64,000 nucleotides of DNA from positions 100,567 to 164,566 of the forward strand of contig JASMDC010000002.1 of assembly GCA_030753015.1 (NCBI GenBank), given 5' to 3'. This DNA comes from Candidatus Undinarchaeales archaeon. GTDB lineage: Archaea; SpSt-1190; JASMDC01. The position numbers and the translations under genes were made by a program. Positions 17,903 to 27,754 of the stretch are shown one piece after another. Position 1 is the first letter of the stretch. Every line of letters begins with the position of its first letter. The notes under the pieces were generated by a model, which was not told the origin of the DNA, searched no databases, and saw nothing but the letters and a program-made list of their open reading frames with translations.

Positions 17903-19282
17903 TCATGCAGGGGGCAGAAGTTCGTCCCCTTTGTTCTCCTCCTCGTAATCGAGGAAGACAGCGATCTCCTCGGCCAGTCCCGTGATGGTGCCCCTGTCCT
18001 CGCCGAAGGCGATGATCTCGATGGGGGCCTTCTCCCCCTCCTTCCCGGCCTTGCGGTAACGGATGACCAGACCGAACTCACGGTTGCTGTGTCGCTCCTT
18101 GGCGAAGTACTTGCCAACCCACTCCTCGTCGGACTCCCAGCGCTCGGCTATGGGCTCCAGCACACTGCACCGCTCCTTGAGCCCGTCGATGACGGGGTTC
18201 TGCTCCTGAGTGCTCTTCCTGCGCCGTGTCACCGTCTCCATGTGCCCGAGCTTCTCATCGAACTCCTCTTCGGATATGGCGGTCTTCACCATGAACGAGC
18301 AGAGGCAGGGGACCGGCACCTCCTTAAGGGGAACGGTGACGCGCTCCCCGCGCCTGTCAAGGTAGGTGACCGTCCCGTGGATGTTCCCCGTCACACGCTG
18401 GATGGGGATGAGCCGGAACACCGCTGTCATCCGCTCCTCGGCCTCGACATCGCCCATCTCCAGCGGGAGCACAGCAGGCTCCTTCACCTTGAGATGCTCA
18501 GGGACCTCCAAGTGCACCTCTACCTTCCGGATGGCGAAGGTGGAGTGGTTGAGCACGGTGAGCGTGAGCTTGACTTGGCCGCTCTCGAGAGCGATGTCCC
18601 GCAGCAGCTCCACCCGCTCCTCACCGAGAGTATGCCGCTTGGCGAGCTTCAGAGCACCCCAGCCCATCCCGGCCAGGGCCACAAGGGCCATCAGGATCTC
18701 CTTCCACTTCAGCAGCTCGTCGGCCTTCTTGACCACGTCGACGGGCGCTTGGCTATCGTTCGACGTGCCATAGCTTCCCTGCGGGGGGACGGTCCACTCC
18801 TGTCCGGTCCTGGAACACGTCGTGCACTCCTTCCAGTCGGCGGTCGTGCAGTTGGCGGGATCGTCCTTGGTGCAGGAATAGAGCTTGTCGATCATCGTCG
18901 GGAAAGAGATTATAACATCTCCAGGCGCGAACTGGTCCACGAGCACTTGCCATCCAGCTTGCGGTATACCGACGAAATGATCCTTGCCTCTGGAGACGAC
19001 CTTCATCCCGGTCAGGTCGAGATCGATACCGTTTGTCACGGTCATGTCCCTGAGCTTAAGGACGATCCGTGCGTCCTGATGCTCCAGCTCCAGCAGGTAC
19101 CCGCTCCCAGCGCCCAGTTCGGAGAATGTGCCGATGAGCCGCTTTGTACCGTCCGGGAAGAACACCGTCCCGCTCCACGTGTGATGGAGCTTCATGTAGA
19201 AGTTGACATGCTGTGCCTGGCCGATGGAGATGATGATGGCAAGGACTATGAACATGAACGCGACACGTGCATGCCTTCCCAC
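17903..19282 (-). CDS. Single-pass membrane protein with extracellular domain and cytoplasmic Ig-like + alpha/beta module
   Basis: Signal peptide, TM (ILMALVALAGMGWGAL), then a ~240-aa domain paralogous to the C-terminal part of 55766..58126. Confidence 0.75.
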   Translation of the reverse strand: MGRHARVAFMFIVLAIIISIGQAQHVNFYMKLHHTWSGTVFFPDGTKRLIGTFSELGAGSGYLLELEHQDARIVLKLRDMTVTNGIDLDLTGMKVVSRGKDHFVGIPQAGWQVLVDQFAPGDVIISFPTMIDKLYSCTKDDPANCTTADWKECTTCSRTGQEWTVPPQGSYGTSNDSQAPVDVVKKADELLKWKEILMALVALAGMGWGALKLAKRHTLGEERVELLRDIALESGQVKLTLTVLNHSTFAIRKVEVHLEVPEHLKVKEPAVLPLEMGDVEAEERMTAVFRLIPIQRVTGNIHGTVTYLDRRGERVTVPLKEVPVPCLCSFMVKTAISEEEFDEKLGHMETVTRRRKSTQEQNPVIDGLKERCSVLEPIAERWESDEEWVGKYFAKERHSNREFGLVIRYRKAGKEGEKAPIEIIAFGEDRGTITGLAEEIAVFLDYEEENKGDELLPPA

Positions 19283-19381
19283 ACCTTGGCGTCCGCCACT
19301 GCCAATTAATAAAGGTTCTTTTTGTTGTCCGGATGACCTCATTGAGGTACTCGTATGAAAGAAAAAAGGAGGCGTTCATCG

Positions 19382-19870
19382 ATGTTGGTACCGACATTAC
19401 TGATGGGAGCACTCGCGCTCGTGCTCCTCTACATAGGTCATTCAAGAGGGGAGGGTCAGCATCTCACCGGTCTGAGGGCGGGCCTAGATATGACGGTGCA
19501 GGTCATGCCCCTCCTGATAGCAGCGTTCGTCGTGGCAGGGATGGTCCAGGTGCCCGATGAGCTCGTAACGGAATGGGTGGGAGCGGAATCCGGTCCAAAG
19601 GGGATACTCGTCGGCTCTGCCGCCGGAGCGCTCGCTCCCGGAGGACCTTATGTGAGCTTCCCACTTGCGGCCGGTTTTCTCAAAGCAGGAGCCAGCGTGG
19701 GGACCATGGTCGCGTTCGTGACGGTGTGGTCGCTCTGGTCGGTCCACCGCCTGCCGATGGAAGTGGGTATCCTCGGATGGAAGTTCACGCTCGTCCACAT
19801 GGCCAGCACGATCCTATTCCCTCCGATTGCCGGTCTCATCGCACACACTTTCTTTTCGGGAGCGACGTGA
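19382..19870 (+). CDS. Permease (DUF318-like)
   Basis: GSAAGALAPGGPYVSFPLAAGFLKAGAS, E..ILG..FT. Confidence 0.8.
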   Translation: MLVPTLLMGALALVLLYIGHSRGEGQHLTGLRAGLDMTVQVMPLLIAAFVVAGMVQVPDELVTEWVGAESGPKGILVGSAAGALAPGGPYVSFPLAAGFLKAGASVGTMVAFVTVWSLWSVHRLPMEVGILGWKFTLVHMASTILFPPIAGLIAHTFFSGAT

Positions 19871-19925
19871 ACGGGATACTTTGACACCTTACGCTTACTT
19901 GCTATTATGGATACGTCACCCGGTC

Positions 19926-21524
19926 TCATCCTACCGCGATATTCCTCCCCGTTATGCGGTGGAACGTGTACCGGGTCTCTCCTTCCACATAGCTCCGATA
20001 GGGTTCTGTATTGAACATCATACGAAGCAGTTCGCACCGCTGTGCCAGGTAGGGTTTCCAGTCCAGGCAGGTGTAGTCCTCGAAGAATAGGATGCAGTCG
20101 GTCCGTCCGAACAGCTCTTCCTGGACCGGGAGGAGCTGGATGAACTCATCTAGGTCGACGACCTCGAGCTCGGTGGTGGACCTCAGGATGACAGGCCAGT
20201 TCGCAACGATCACGCATCCGGGAGGAAGTTCCTGTTCCGCCTGCTCCGGTATCCTCGTCTCGAGCGCAAGGGTGGATTGCGAGTATGTCATCGATCCGAA
20301 CATCGTGTAGGGAATGTAGATATGGACGGCGAGAACCGATGCGAGGATGAGAGCACACCATCGCGTCCATGATCGTGTGAGCAATCCCGAGAGCGCGTCA
20401 GCTACGTGAACCGCTCCTGCCGCCGCGTAGATGGCGATGAATGGATAGAGGCCCATATAGAACCGGTCCCTCCCCGCCAGGGTCTGGAACCAGGATGTGA
20501 AGTAGACCAGCCACAGGACGACGAACCCGGTCATGAGGAACAGGCTCTCGCGTCGTCTCCTGGTCGTCAGTCCGATCACGCCGATGGCCGCTAGAGCCGA
20601 TACGATCATCGGATGGTAGACGCCACCGAATAGCTCCGGAGCGTAGTCCCGGGAGTTATTGAAGAGGTTGGAAAGGCTCCAGTTGCTCCCTGTCATGCGT
20701 CCGTCACTATCGCTCTCGATCCAGTTCGTGTACACGTTGTCCTCCAGTACCTGCGCGAGGTTGGGGAGGACGAGGAGCAACATGATGAAACCCTGCACCA
20801 TATGACCCGAGCCGAGCATGCGCTTTCCACTGCTGCCGAGAATGGCCCGACCGAGGGGGAACAGGACGATAAGGACATGGTTCTCGGGCCGGAACTGGGT
20901 CGTGAAGGCGATGCTCATCCAGGCGAGCCATGCTACAGAGGTCCTTTCCGTCCGGTAGGAGATCATGAAGAAAACGAGCGTCAGGAGCATGAAGAAGAGA
21001 GAGGATGCGTTGCTCGCAGCCGTGGCGGACCACCTAACGTGCGGTGGGTAGAGCGATAACACCACTGCGGCCACCAGTGCCAGGTCGGTGCGGTCGGTAG
21101 CGAGGTAGGCGAGGAGGAAGAGGGGGACGACGGATAGCGTTCCAAGTAGTATCGAGGTGTTGATCGCCACCCAGTTCGACGTTCCGAAGAGGGCGAACGC
21201 CAGCCTGAGCACGAACGGCCATCCCACCGACAGGATCAGCTCGCCCTGGCGGCCCGTCCGCAGCATCTCCTTGCCGGCCTCCATGTACTGCGCTTCGTCC
21301 ACGTAGATCACGTGCTGGTGAGGGGGGATTGTCAGCCTGATCCATAACGTGGCGAGGATAACTACCGCCAGAAGTGACCATGTCCCCCGACCGATCCGTC
21401 CGAACTGACATGAGATGGACCGACGTGCAGAGAATAGTGCTGTTAGGAACAGAAAGAAGGCGATGAGGGCCGAATCGGGTATCAACGGCCGCAGTAGGTC
21501 GTTGAGGAGGTGGATTATCGCCAT
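19926..21524 (-). CDS. Membrane glycosyltransferase (GT-C fold, PMT/ArnT-like)
   Basis: YVDEAQY luminal motif, about 11 TM segments, RPEN and DRFY motifs. Confidence 0.75.
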   Translation of the reverse strand: MAIIHLLNDLLRPLIPDSALIAFFLFLTALFSARRSISCQFGRIGRGTWSLLAVVILATLWIRLTIPPHQHVIYVDEAQYMEAGKEMLRTGRQGELILSVGWPFVLRLAFALFGTSNWVAINTSILLGTLSVVPLFLLAYLATDRTDLALVAAVVLSLYPPHVRWSATAASNASSLFFMLLTLVFFMISYRTERTSVAWLAWMSIAFTTQFRPENHVLIVLFPLGRAILGSSGKRMLGSGHMVQGFIMLLLVLPNLAQVLEDNVYTNWIESDSDGRMTGSNWSLSNLFNNSRDYAPELFGGVYHPMIVSALAAIGVIGLTTRRRRESLFLMTGFVVLWLVYFTSWFQTLAGRDRFYMGLYPFIAIYAAAGAVHVADALSGLLTRSWTRWCALILASVLAVHIYIPYTMFGSMTYSQSTLALETRIPEQAEQELPPGCVIVANWPVILRSTTELEVVDLDEFIQLLPVQEELFGRTDCILFFEDYTCLDWKPYLAQRCELLRMMFNTEPYRSYVEGETRYTFHRITGRNIAVG

Positions 21525-21673
21525 CCCGTGGCGATCATCCCGTCAGGATTTAATAAGGTTGAGGATTCATGCTCCTTCGGAGCTCGGTGACGAACACCCG
21601 TGCAGCTTTACAGATCTGGAGGATTAGCGTGGTCAGGAACAGATAACTCACACAGAATGGAGCGTTTCCCGTC

Positions 21674-22159
21674 CTAGGAATAGACCCCGAATACCTTGCA
21701 CATGACAACACCTTCCACATCGTCACGGCACTCTCTAGTGCCGACAAGAGCCTTCCTCGACTCCTCCTTGTACCTGTCCACGACCTTGTTCGCTTCTAGG
21801 CTGTCGAATGGGTGCATGGACGCTCCGTTGTGCACGCGCTCCGGTGTGCCGTAGCCATAATCATTCATCTTGGACACGAAAGCATCAAGCCCGGTCTCGT
21901 CCCCTTGGTAGTGCACGCGCAGGCCTTGGCTGTCCACTACGGGCTCGAAGCCGATCGATCGGCTCAGCGATTCGTACTTTTCTTCGAACTTGTAGGGGAA
22001 CGCTATGCGTTCATCGGACCCACAGGTCCTGCCCGCGATGTCAGTGACGTCATCGAGGAAGTTCGCTCCCCCGTGCAGGTACGTGATGTCCTTGTGAGAA
22101 CTGTCGGATAATGTACCGTGCTCATGTTCGTGCATCACGTACTCGAGGATAATGTCCAT
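21674..22159 (-). CDS. Hypothetical protein
   Basis: 161-aa ORF with coding-like codon bias and an AT-rich upstream region. Confidence 0.55.
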   Translation of the reverse strand: MDIILEYVMHEHEHGTLSDSSHKDITYLHGGANFLDDVTDIAGRTCGSDERIAFPYKFEEKYESLSRSIGFEPVVDSQGLRVHYQGDETGLDAFVSKMNDYGYGTPERVHNGASMHPFDSLEANKVVDRYKEESRKALVGTRECRDDVEGVVMCKVFGVYS

Positions 22160-22311
22160 GCATCATCGAAAGTTCGGTATAACTAAAAAAGAATTAGAAT
22201 CCCCGTGGTGGTGAAATCAAGAATTGGACTCACCCACCCCCGGTATTTAAATACACCCGACATTTTTTAAGTCATCTATCAAGGTTCTACAGATCATCCC
22301 GAGGTAACAAA

Positions 22312-23562
22312 ATGTCATTTGAAGAGCTAAATCTCATTGAGCCGCTTCAGCGGGCGGTGACCAAGGAAGGATACACCATACCCACGCCCATACAGGAGCA
22401 GGCCATACCCCACCTGATGAATGGCCGGGATCTGATCGGTATCGCCCAGACGGGCACGGGCAAGACCGCGGCTTTCGTGCTGCCCATCCTTCAGAAACTG
22501 TCTGAAGAGCACTGGGTCCCCGTTCCGGGATCTCCCCGGGTGCTCGTGCTCGCGCCTACACGAGAGCTCGCTGCACAGATCGATGAGAGCTTTGGCACCT
22601 ATGGCCGGTTCCTCAAATTCAGGCACACGGTCGTGTTCGGCGGAGTCAAGCAGGGGCAACAGGTAAGGGCCCTTTCCCGGGGTGTCGACATCCTCGTGGC
22701 CACACCAGGACGGCTTCTCGACCTGATGAACCAGGGCTATATCAGGCTGAACGGCGTCGAGTACTTCGTGCTTGATGAGGTGGACAGGATGCTCGACATG
22801 GGGTTCATCAATGACGTCCGCAAAATCGTCTCGAAGTTCCACCGCTTACGTCAATCACAATGCTACTCGGCCACCATGTCAACGAGGATAAGTGAGCTAG
22901 TCAAAAGTTTCCTCGCCGATCCGGTCCGTGTGGAAGTGACCCCACAGGCAACCACGCTGGATAGTGTTGACCAGTGCGTCTTCTTCGTGGATCGCGGCTC
23001 AAAGGATGCATTGCTGCTCGAGCTGATCCGTCAGCGACACGTGACATCCGCCCTGGTGTTCACCCGCACAAAACACGGGGCAAACAAGGTGGCCCGAGTG
23101 CTCACCAAGCACGGGATCGAGGCCGATGCCATCCACGGAAACAAGACACAGAATCGACGAACTCAGGCGATGAACAATTTCAAATCGGGCCGCATTCAGG
23201 TTCTCGTTGCCACCGACATCGCTGCACGCGGCATCGACGTCGAAGACATCTCACACGTCATCAACTATAATCTCCCTAATGAGTCCGAGGTCTACATTCA
23301 CCGCATCGGTCGTACAGCGCGGGCAGGTGCGTCAGGCATGGCCCTTTCCCTGTGCTCGGCGGAGGAACGCGACTTACTGCGTGATATCGAGCGGCTCACA
23401 CGGGTGAAGATGACGCTCGTGGACCACAAGTATCATTCCGACCGTGCAATGAACGCGTTCGGACAAGCCGCGCGACCGCCCCCGAGGCCATCCCGCGGCC
23501 CCCCGAGACGGTTCAGGGGCTCCTTCCGGTCGGGATCCTTGAAGAAGTACAGGACATACTAG
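22312..23562 (+). CDS. DEAD-box RNA helicase (RhlE-like)
   Basis: Q motif PTPIQ, AQTGTGKT, PTRELA, TPGRLLD, DEVD, SAT, ARGID, HRIGRTARAG. Confidence 0.95.
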   Translation: MSFEELNLIEPLQRAVTKEGYTIPTPIQEQAIPHLMNGRDLIGIAQTGTGKTAAFVLPILQKLSEEHWVPVPGSPRVLVLAPTRELAAQIDESFGTYGRFLKFRHTVVFGGVKQGQQVRALSRGVDILVATPGRLLDLMNQGYIRLNGVEYFVLDEVDRMLDMGFINDVRKIVSKFHRLRQSQCYSATMSTRISELVKSFLADPVRVEVTPQATTLDSVDQCVFFVDRGSKDALLLELIRQRHVTSALVFTRTKHGANKVARVLTKHGIEADAIHGNKTQNRRTQAMNNFKSGRIQVLVATDIAARGIDVEDISHVINYNLPNESEVYIHRIGRTARAGASGMALSLCSAEERDLLRDIERLTRVKMTLVDHKYHSDRAMNAFGQAARPPPRPSRGPPRRFRGSFRSGSLKKYRTY

Positions 23563-23633
23563 GTCCGGTGACACCAGCCCTCGACATCCTGGATAGCAAA
23601 GTAGCTGAGCGTTCACACTAGCACTGTGAAGAT

Positions 23634-23649
23634 AGGGCCGATGCCGGGA
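23634..23649 (-). repeat. 16-bp copy of the tRNA-His 3' end (att-like direct repeat)
   Basis: AGGGCCGATGCCGGGA at 23634-23649 is identical to 27753-27768. Confidence 0.8.
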
Positions 23650-23886
23650 ATGGAGGAAAGAATGGCGTTAATTTGTGGTATAATTTAAATAGCGCCTTAT
23701 TTAGAAGAATTTACAGGATATTATTTATCTAGAGATATAATGGGCGCCAGAACGTTTTATTTATTTCGCTATAGGCTCGTTTGAATAACGCCCAGAATGG
23801 AGTTCTCCTGCTAACGTAACAGTATTTCCCTGATCTCAACCTACGCGCACGCGGGTTGCCGTGCGAAGCGACCGGAAGGAATCGTA

Positions 23887-24978
23887 CTACTCATCGAACA
23901 ACAGGTAGTCCGGCTCTATCACGGAGAAGTAATCGTCCTTCTTGTGCTTCAGTGCCTTTATGCTGTCGTTGATTGCACCGAGGCTCACCTTCTGCTGATC
24001 GATGTGGTAGGTGTTCTTCTCCATCAGGACGATGGTCTCGGTCAATCCAATTGCACCGATGAACCTCTCCCTGAGGTGACTGCTCCACTCCACGCGGTCC
24101 TCGGTTTGGTAGAAAACCTCGAAGAGCAGGTAGTTGAACCTCCCCTCGCAGATGTGGAATGCCATTGGGATGTGCGGGTCGTTCTTCAGGAACCGCAGTA
24201 CGTCCTTCTTGTTCTTCCTGATCTCCACCTTGGTGATCTGGAGCACGCAGCCGGGTGGGACGATGAAGCTGTGGAACCTGCAGACCGGTTCAAGGATCGT
24301 CTTCTCCTTCAACATCATATCGATGCGCCTTCTGATCGTCTTCTTGTGCATCTCCAGTGTCCTGGCAAGGACGGTCTCGTTGATCCCGATGCCCTCTCCC
24401 TTCAACACCGATTCGAGGATGTCTACGTGCATCTCGGTGAGCTGAATACCATTCAGTATGACTTTCTCTCCTCTTTCGACGTGCTGCTTCAGTACCTTTA
24501 TCCCTTCGCTGGGCTCGTACTTCACGATCAGCTGGTTCGAGTAGAAATGGGCCTCTGAGGGGGTTCGGATGTCCCTTGGGGGGATCCTTCCGCTGGTGAC
24601 GAGATGCTCCCTCCATAGCTGGTAGTTGAGTATGTCCTTCTGGAATTGTATCAGAAGGGTGTTGAAGCTTCCCTGCCTGATCTTGAACGCGGCAAAGATG
24701 TGTTTGTCCTTCCTCATCCACTCGAGGACATCCTCGGTGGGCGGGAGGTCCGCCAGGATGATGATCAACAGCGGGTGCGCCTTGTACTGCCTGAAGAACG
24801 GGAAGATGGGCGGATTGATGATCTTGCTCTCCAGGAGCTCATTGACCCTTACCTTGATCGTATTCCTGTGCTTCTTCAGCTTTCTGGAGAGATAGCTCAG
24901 GTTGATGAACAGCCCGGTTCCGCTGCAGATCTCCTTCAGGATCCTGAGGTTGACCTCGTCCATCAACAATCTCGTCAT
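23887..24978 (-). CDS. Tandem (two-module) Lrp/AsnC-like transcriptional regulator
   Basis: Two repeats of an HTH (LSRKLKKHRNTIKVRV; LARTLEMHKKTIRRRI), each followed by a RAM-like domain (G.FN.LL). Confidence 0.75.
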   Translation of the reverse strand: MTRLLMDEVNLRILKEICSGTGLFINLSYLSRKLKKHRNTIKVRVNELLESKIINPPIFPFFRQYKAHPLLIIILADLPPTEDVLEWMRKDKHIFAAFKIRQGSFNTLLIQFQKDILNYQLWREHLVTSGRIPPRDIRTPSEAHFYSNQLIVKYEPSEGIKVLKQHVERGEKVILNGIQLTEMHVDILESVLKGEGIGINETVLARTLEMHKKTIRRRIDMMLKEKTILEPVCRFHSFIVPPGCVLQITKVEIRKNKKDVLRFLKNDPHIPMAFHICEGRFNYLLFEVFYQTEDRVEWSSHLRERFIGAIGLTETIVLMEKNTYHIDQQKVSLGAINDSIKALKHKKDDYFSVIEPDYLLFDE

Positions 24979-24984
24979 ACATTC

Positions 24985-25195
24985 CTGATGATATTGCGAG
25001 GTATTAATACTTTTACTTGTCTCGCGTATTAATTCCGCTAATTTTTATGTTAGTAGTTATCATGGCCAAATTAGATATAATAACTTACTATTGCGCCGTA
25101 TTTTACCAATTAACATAACATTTAATAGTATTATTTGATAAAAAATCTAGAAATAGTGTAAATATAGTATAAATAGAAATGAGGGCTTCATATTA
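24985..25195. promoter_or_regulatory. AT-rich divergent promoter region between the Lrp-like regulator and gdhA
   Basis: Strongly AT-rich compared with the GC-rich flanks, with several TATA-like words (e.g. TATAAATA at about 25168). Confidence 0.6.
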
Positions 25196-25213
25196 CCAGG
25201 ATCGTGCATCCGG

Positions 25214-26473
25214 GTGAAAGACATGGAGAACCTGAACCCCTATCATATAGCACAGATGCAGTTCGACCAAGCTGCGGACAAACTTGGCCTGAACAGCTGG
25301 ATGCGGGATTTCCTCAAGACCCCTGACAGGAACGTGTCGGTCGACTTCCCGGTCAAGATGGACGACGGGAGCATCAAGATCTTCGCCGGATATCGGGTCC
25401 AACACAACAATACACGAGGGCCGTACAAGGGTGGCCTGAGGTTCAGTCCAGAGGTCAACCTCGACGAGGTGAGGGCGCTGGCCTCCTGGATGACGTGGAA
25501 GACCGCTGTCGTGAACGTCCCGTTCGGCGGGGCGAAGGGTGGCGTCGTGTGCGACCCACGCAAGTTGTCCACGTGCGAGCTCGAGAGGATCACGCGGAGG
25601 TTCACCTACGAAATCAGGAACGTCATCGGTCCCGACGTCGACATCCCGGCCCCGGACGTCAACACGAACGCACAGGTGATGACCTGGATCGTCGACACCT
25701 ACAGCATGTGGAACGGCCATAGCGAGTTCCGGGTCGTTACCGGGAAACCCACCTTCCTCGGAGGGAGCTACGGGAGGGCGGAGGCGACGGGAAGAGGTGT
25801 CATGGTCGCCGCTATGAAGGCCGTGAAGGACGCGGGCCTCGAACCCCAGGACCTGACCGCTGTGATCCAGGGCTTCGGGAACGTCGGCAGCCATACGGCA
25901 AGGTTGCTGGCCGAGCAGGGAGTCAAGATCATTGGAATAAGCGACATCTCCACGGCCATACACAATCCCGATGGGATCGATGTTCAGGACGTGGAGGCCT
26001 ATCTCAAGAAGAACAAGGTCCTCGAGGGATACGACAAGGCACAGCATATCCGCCCTAAGGAGAAGGTCCTCGAACTGAAGACGGACATCCTCGTACCCGC
26101 GGCCCTTGAGAACCAGATCACCAGCGCCAATGCGGGGAACGTCGATTGCAGGTTCATCGTGGAGGGCGCGAACGGCCCCACCACGCCCGATGCTGACAGG
26201 ATTCTCAAAAAGAAAGGGATCCTTGTCATCCCGGACATCCTGGCCAACGCGGGCGGGGTCACGGCCAGCTACTATGAATGGGTCCAGAACGTGCAGCGGG
26301 AGCAGTGGCCATACGAGAAGGTCGTCACCAAGCTAGAGAAAAAGCTCGTCCAGGCCTACAACGATGTCAGGGACCTGGCAGAAAGAGAGGACGTGGACAT
26401 GCGGATCGCCGCTTACATGATCGCCATCGGGAGGGTGGCGAAGGCAACAGAAGCCCGGGGGGTGTTTCCCTAG
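25214..26473 (+). CDS. gdhA: Glutamate dehydrogenase (Glu/Leu/Phe/Val family)
   Basis: GYRVQH, GPYKGG, MTWK, GGAKGG, DIPAPDV, TGKP, QGFGNVG, EGANGP, ANAGGV. Confidence 0.95.
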   Translation: MKDMENLNPYHIAQMQFDQAADKLGLNSWMRDFLKTPDRNVSVDFPVKMDDGSIKIFAGYRVQHNNTRGPYKGGLRFSPEVNLDEVRALASWMTWKTAVVNVPFGGAKGGVVCDPRKLSTCELERITRRFTYEIRNVIGPDVDIPAPDVNTNAQVMTWIVDTYSMWNGHSEFRVVTGKPTFLGGSYGRAEATGRGVMVAAMKAVKDAGLEPQDLTAVIQGFGNVGSHTARLLAEQGVKIIGISDISTAIHNPDGIDVQDVEAYLKKNKVLEGYDKAQHIRPKEKVLELKTDILVPAALENQITSANAGNVDCRFIVEGANGPTTPDADRILKKKGILVIPDILANAGGVTASYYEWVQNVQREQWPYEKVVTKLEKKLVQAYNDVRDLAEREDVDMRIAAYMIAIGRVAKATEARGVFP

Positions 26474-27322
26474 ATGGCCTTGCTCGTCGCGACCCGGGAG
26501 GGGGACCGTATCCTTGTCGTACGGAAGGGCCACCACCCCTCCTTACAGGTCTATAGACTGATAGGAAGGGAAGAGCACGGTTTCCGCTTCTATGGAGCGT
26601 TCCACCGGTTCGAGCTGGCCCTGGACAAAGACATGCCATTATCGGCTCAACCCTACGGTCATCTTGGCTCGTGTTCGGACCTATCGGGAAGGGCGATGAC
26701 CGCCATCGGCAAGGATAGAAGGCCCGTCCTCTCAACCACGGCAGTGCGGATGACCATGCTGGAACGTCCGCTCTATTCGTTCATTGGCGAATATCATCGT
26801 GACTCCCTCGATGAGATCCTTGAATGGTACCCTCCGGGAGAAGAGGACATGCCGTACGCATCCATCTCGACATCAGCCCTTGCCGCGGGCGATTCCGGGG
26901 ATGATGTCTATCTGAACACCCTGTTCCTCATGACCGGCGGATACGGCCTGCTGACGAAGATATCTGCCGTGGCCGGCAGGGACATCGAGGACTGCTGCAG
27001 TCCCGAGTTCCACTTCGAGACACACAAGGTGAGATTGGAGACAAATCCTCTGAGAAGGATCCAGGAGAACGATGTCGTTGCAGGCGCGGTCCTGGTTGGA
27101 TTGGGAGTTGCCTCCAATCCAGAAATAATCACGCCCCTTGAGCTAGAATCAGGTGACGATCCACACGAGGTGGACAGGCTGCTGGATGAGCTGTTCCTGA
27201 CGCTGACCCAGGGGCGCCAGCTCGTGCCACGACAGGATTCCAGGGTTACTGGTCGGCCGAGCTCGCCCGTCTGTACCACCGCGGCGCTCTCGGGCCTGCT
27301 GAGCACGGTCATCACGAAATGA
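26474..27322 (+). CDS. Hypothetical protein
   Basis: 282-aa ORF starting immediately after the gdhA stop codon. Confidence 0.6.
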   Translation: MALLVATREGDRILVVRKGHHPSLQVYRLIGREEHGFRFYGAFHRFELALDKDMPLSAQPYGHLGSCSDLSGRAMTAIGKDRRPVLSTTAVRMTMLERPLYSFIGEYHRDSLDEILEWYPPGEEDMPYASISTSALAAGDSGDDVYLNTLFLMTGGYGLLTKISAVAGRDIEDCCSPEFHFETHKVRLETNPLRRIQENDVVAGAVLVGLGVASNPEIITPLELESGDDPHEVDRLLDELFLTLTQGRQLVPRQDSRVTGRPSSPVCTTAALSGLLSTVITK

Positions 27323-27329
27323 GAAGGAG

Positions 27330-27704
27330 ATGAACACGATGAAGATCTGCATAACCTCATACGGTAGACACATGGAAGATATAGTGGACCCCTGCTTCGG
27401 AGACAACTCCATCTTCCTCATCGTGGACACAGAGACTGGGACGATGGAGGCCGTCGACAACGCCTCGTGCTCCGCAACCCAGGGCGACGGTTTCGAACTG
27501 GCCCAGAGGATGCTAGAACTCGGGGTGAAAGCGGTAATCACAGGTAACGTGAGCCCCGAGGACTTCCGCGCTCTCAAGGCCGCCGGTATACTCGTCTACA
27601 CGGGAGCGTCAGGCAGGGCCAGGGATGCTCTGGTACGATTCGAGATGGGTGATCTAACACGACTGGGAAGCCCGGGCGGGGGAGTCAGCAGGGAATTGAC
27701 ATAA
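27330..27704 (+). CDS. NifB/NifX-family (dinitrogenase FeMo-cofactor-binding-like) protein
   Basis: MKICITS...VDPCFG....FLIVD, GVKAVITGNV, ALKAAGI.VY. Confidence 0.85.
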   Translation: MNTMKICITSYGRHMEDIVDPCFGDNSIFLIVDTETGTMEAVDNASCSATQGDGFELAQRMLELGVKAVITGNVSPEDFRALKAAGILVYTGASGRARDALVRFEMGDLTRLGSPGGGVSRELT

Positions 27705-27754
27705 GGATCCGGTCAGGGAAGAATGAATGATTCCTATCAGTATTAAGTTATGAG

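Noticed and set aside
27330-27704. Nitrogen fixation
   Set aside because: NifB/NifX-family small proteins are common in non-diazotrophic archaea, and there is no nifHDK here.
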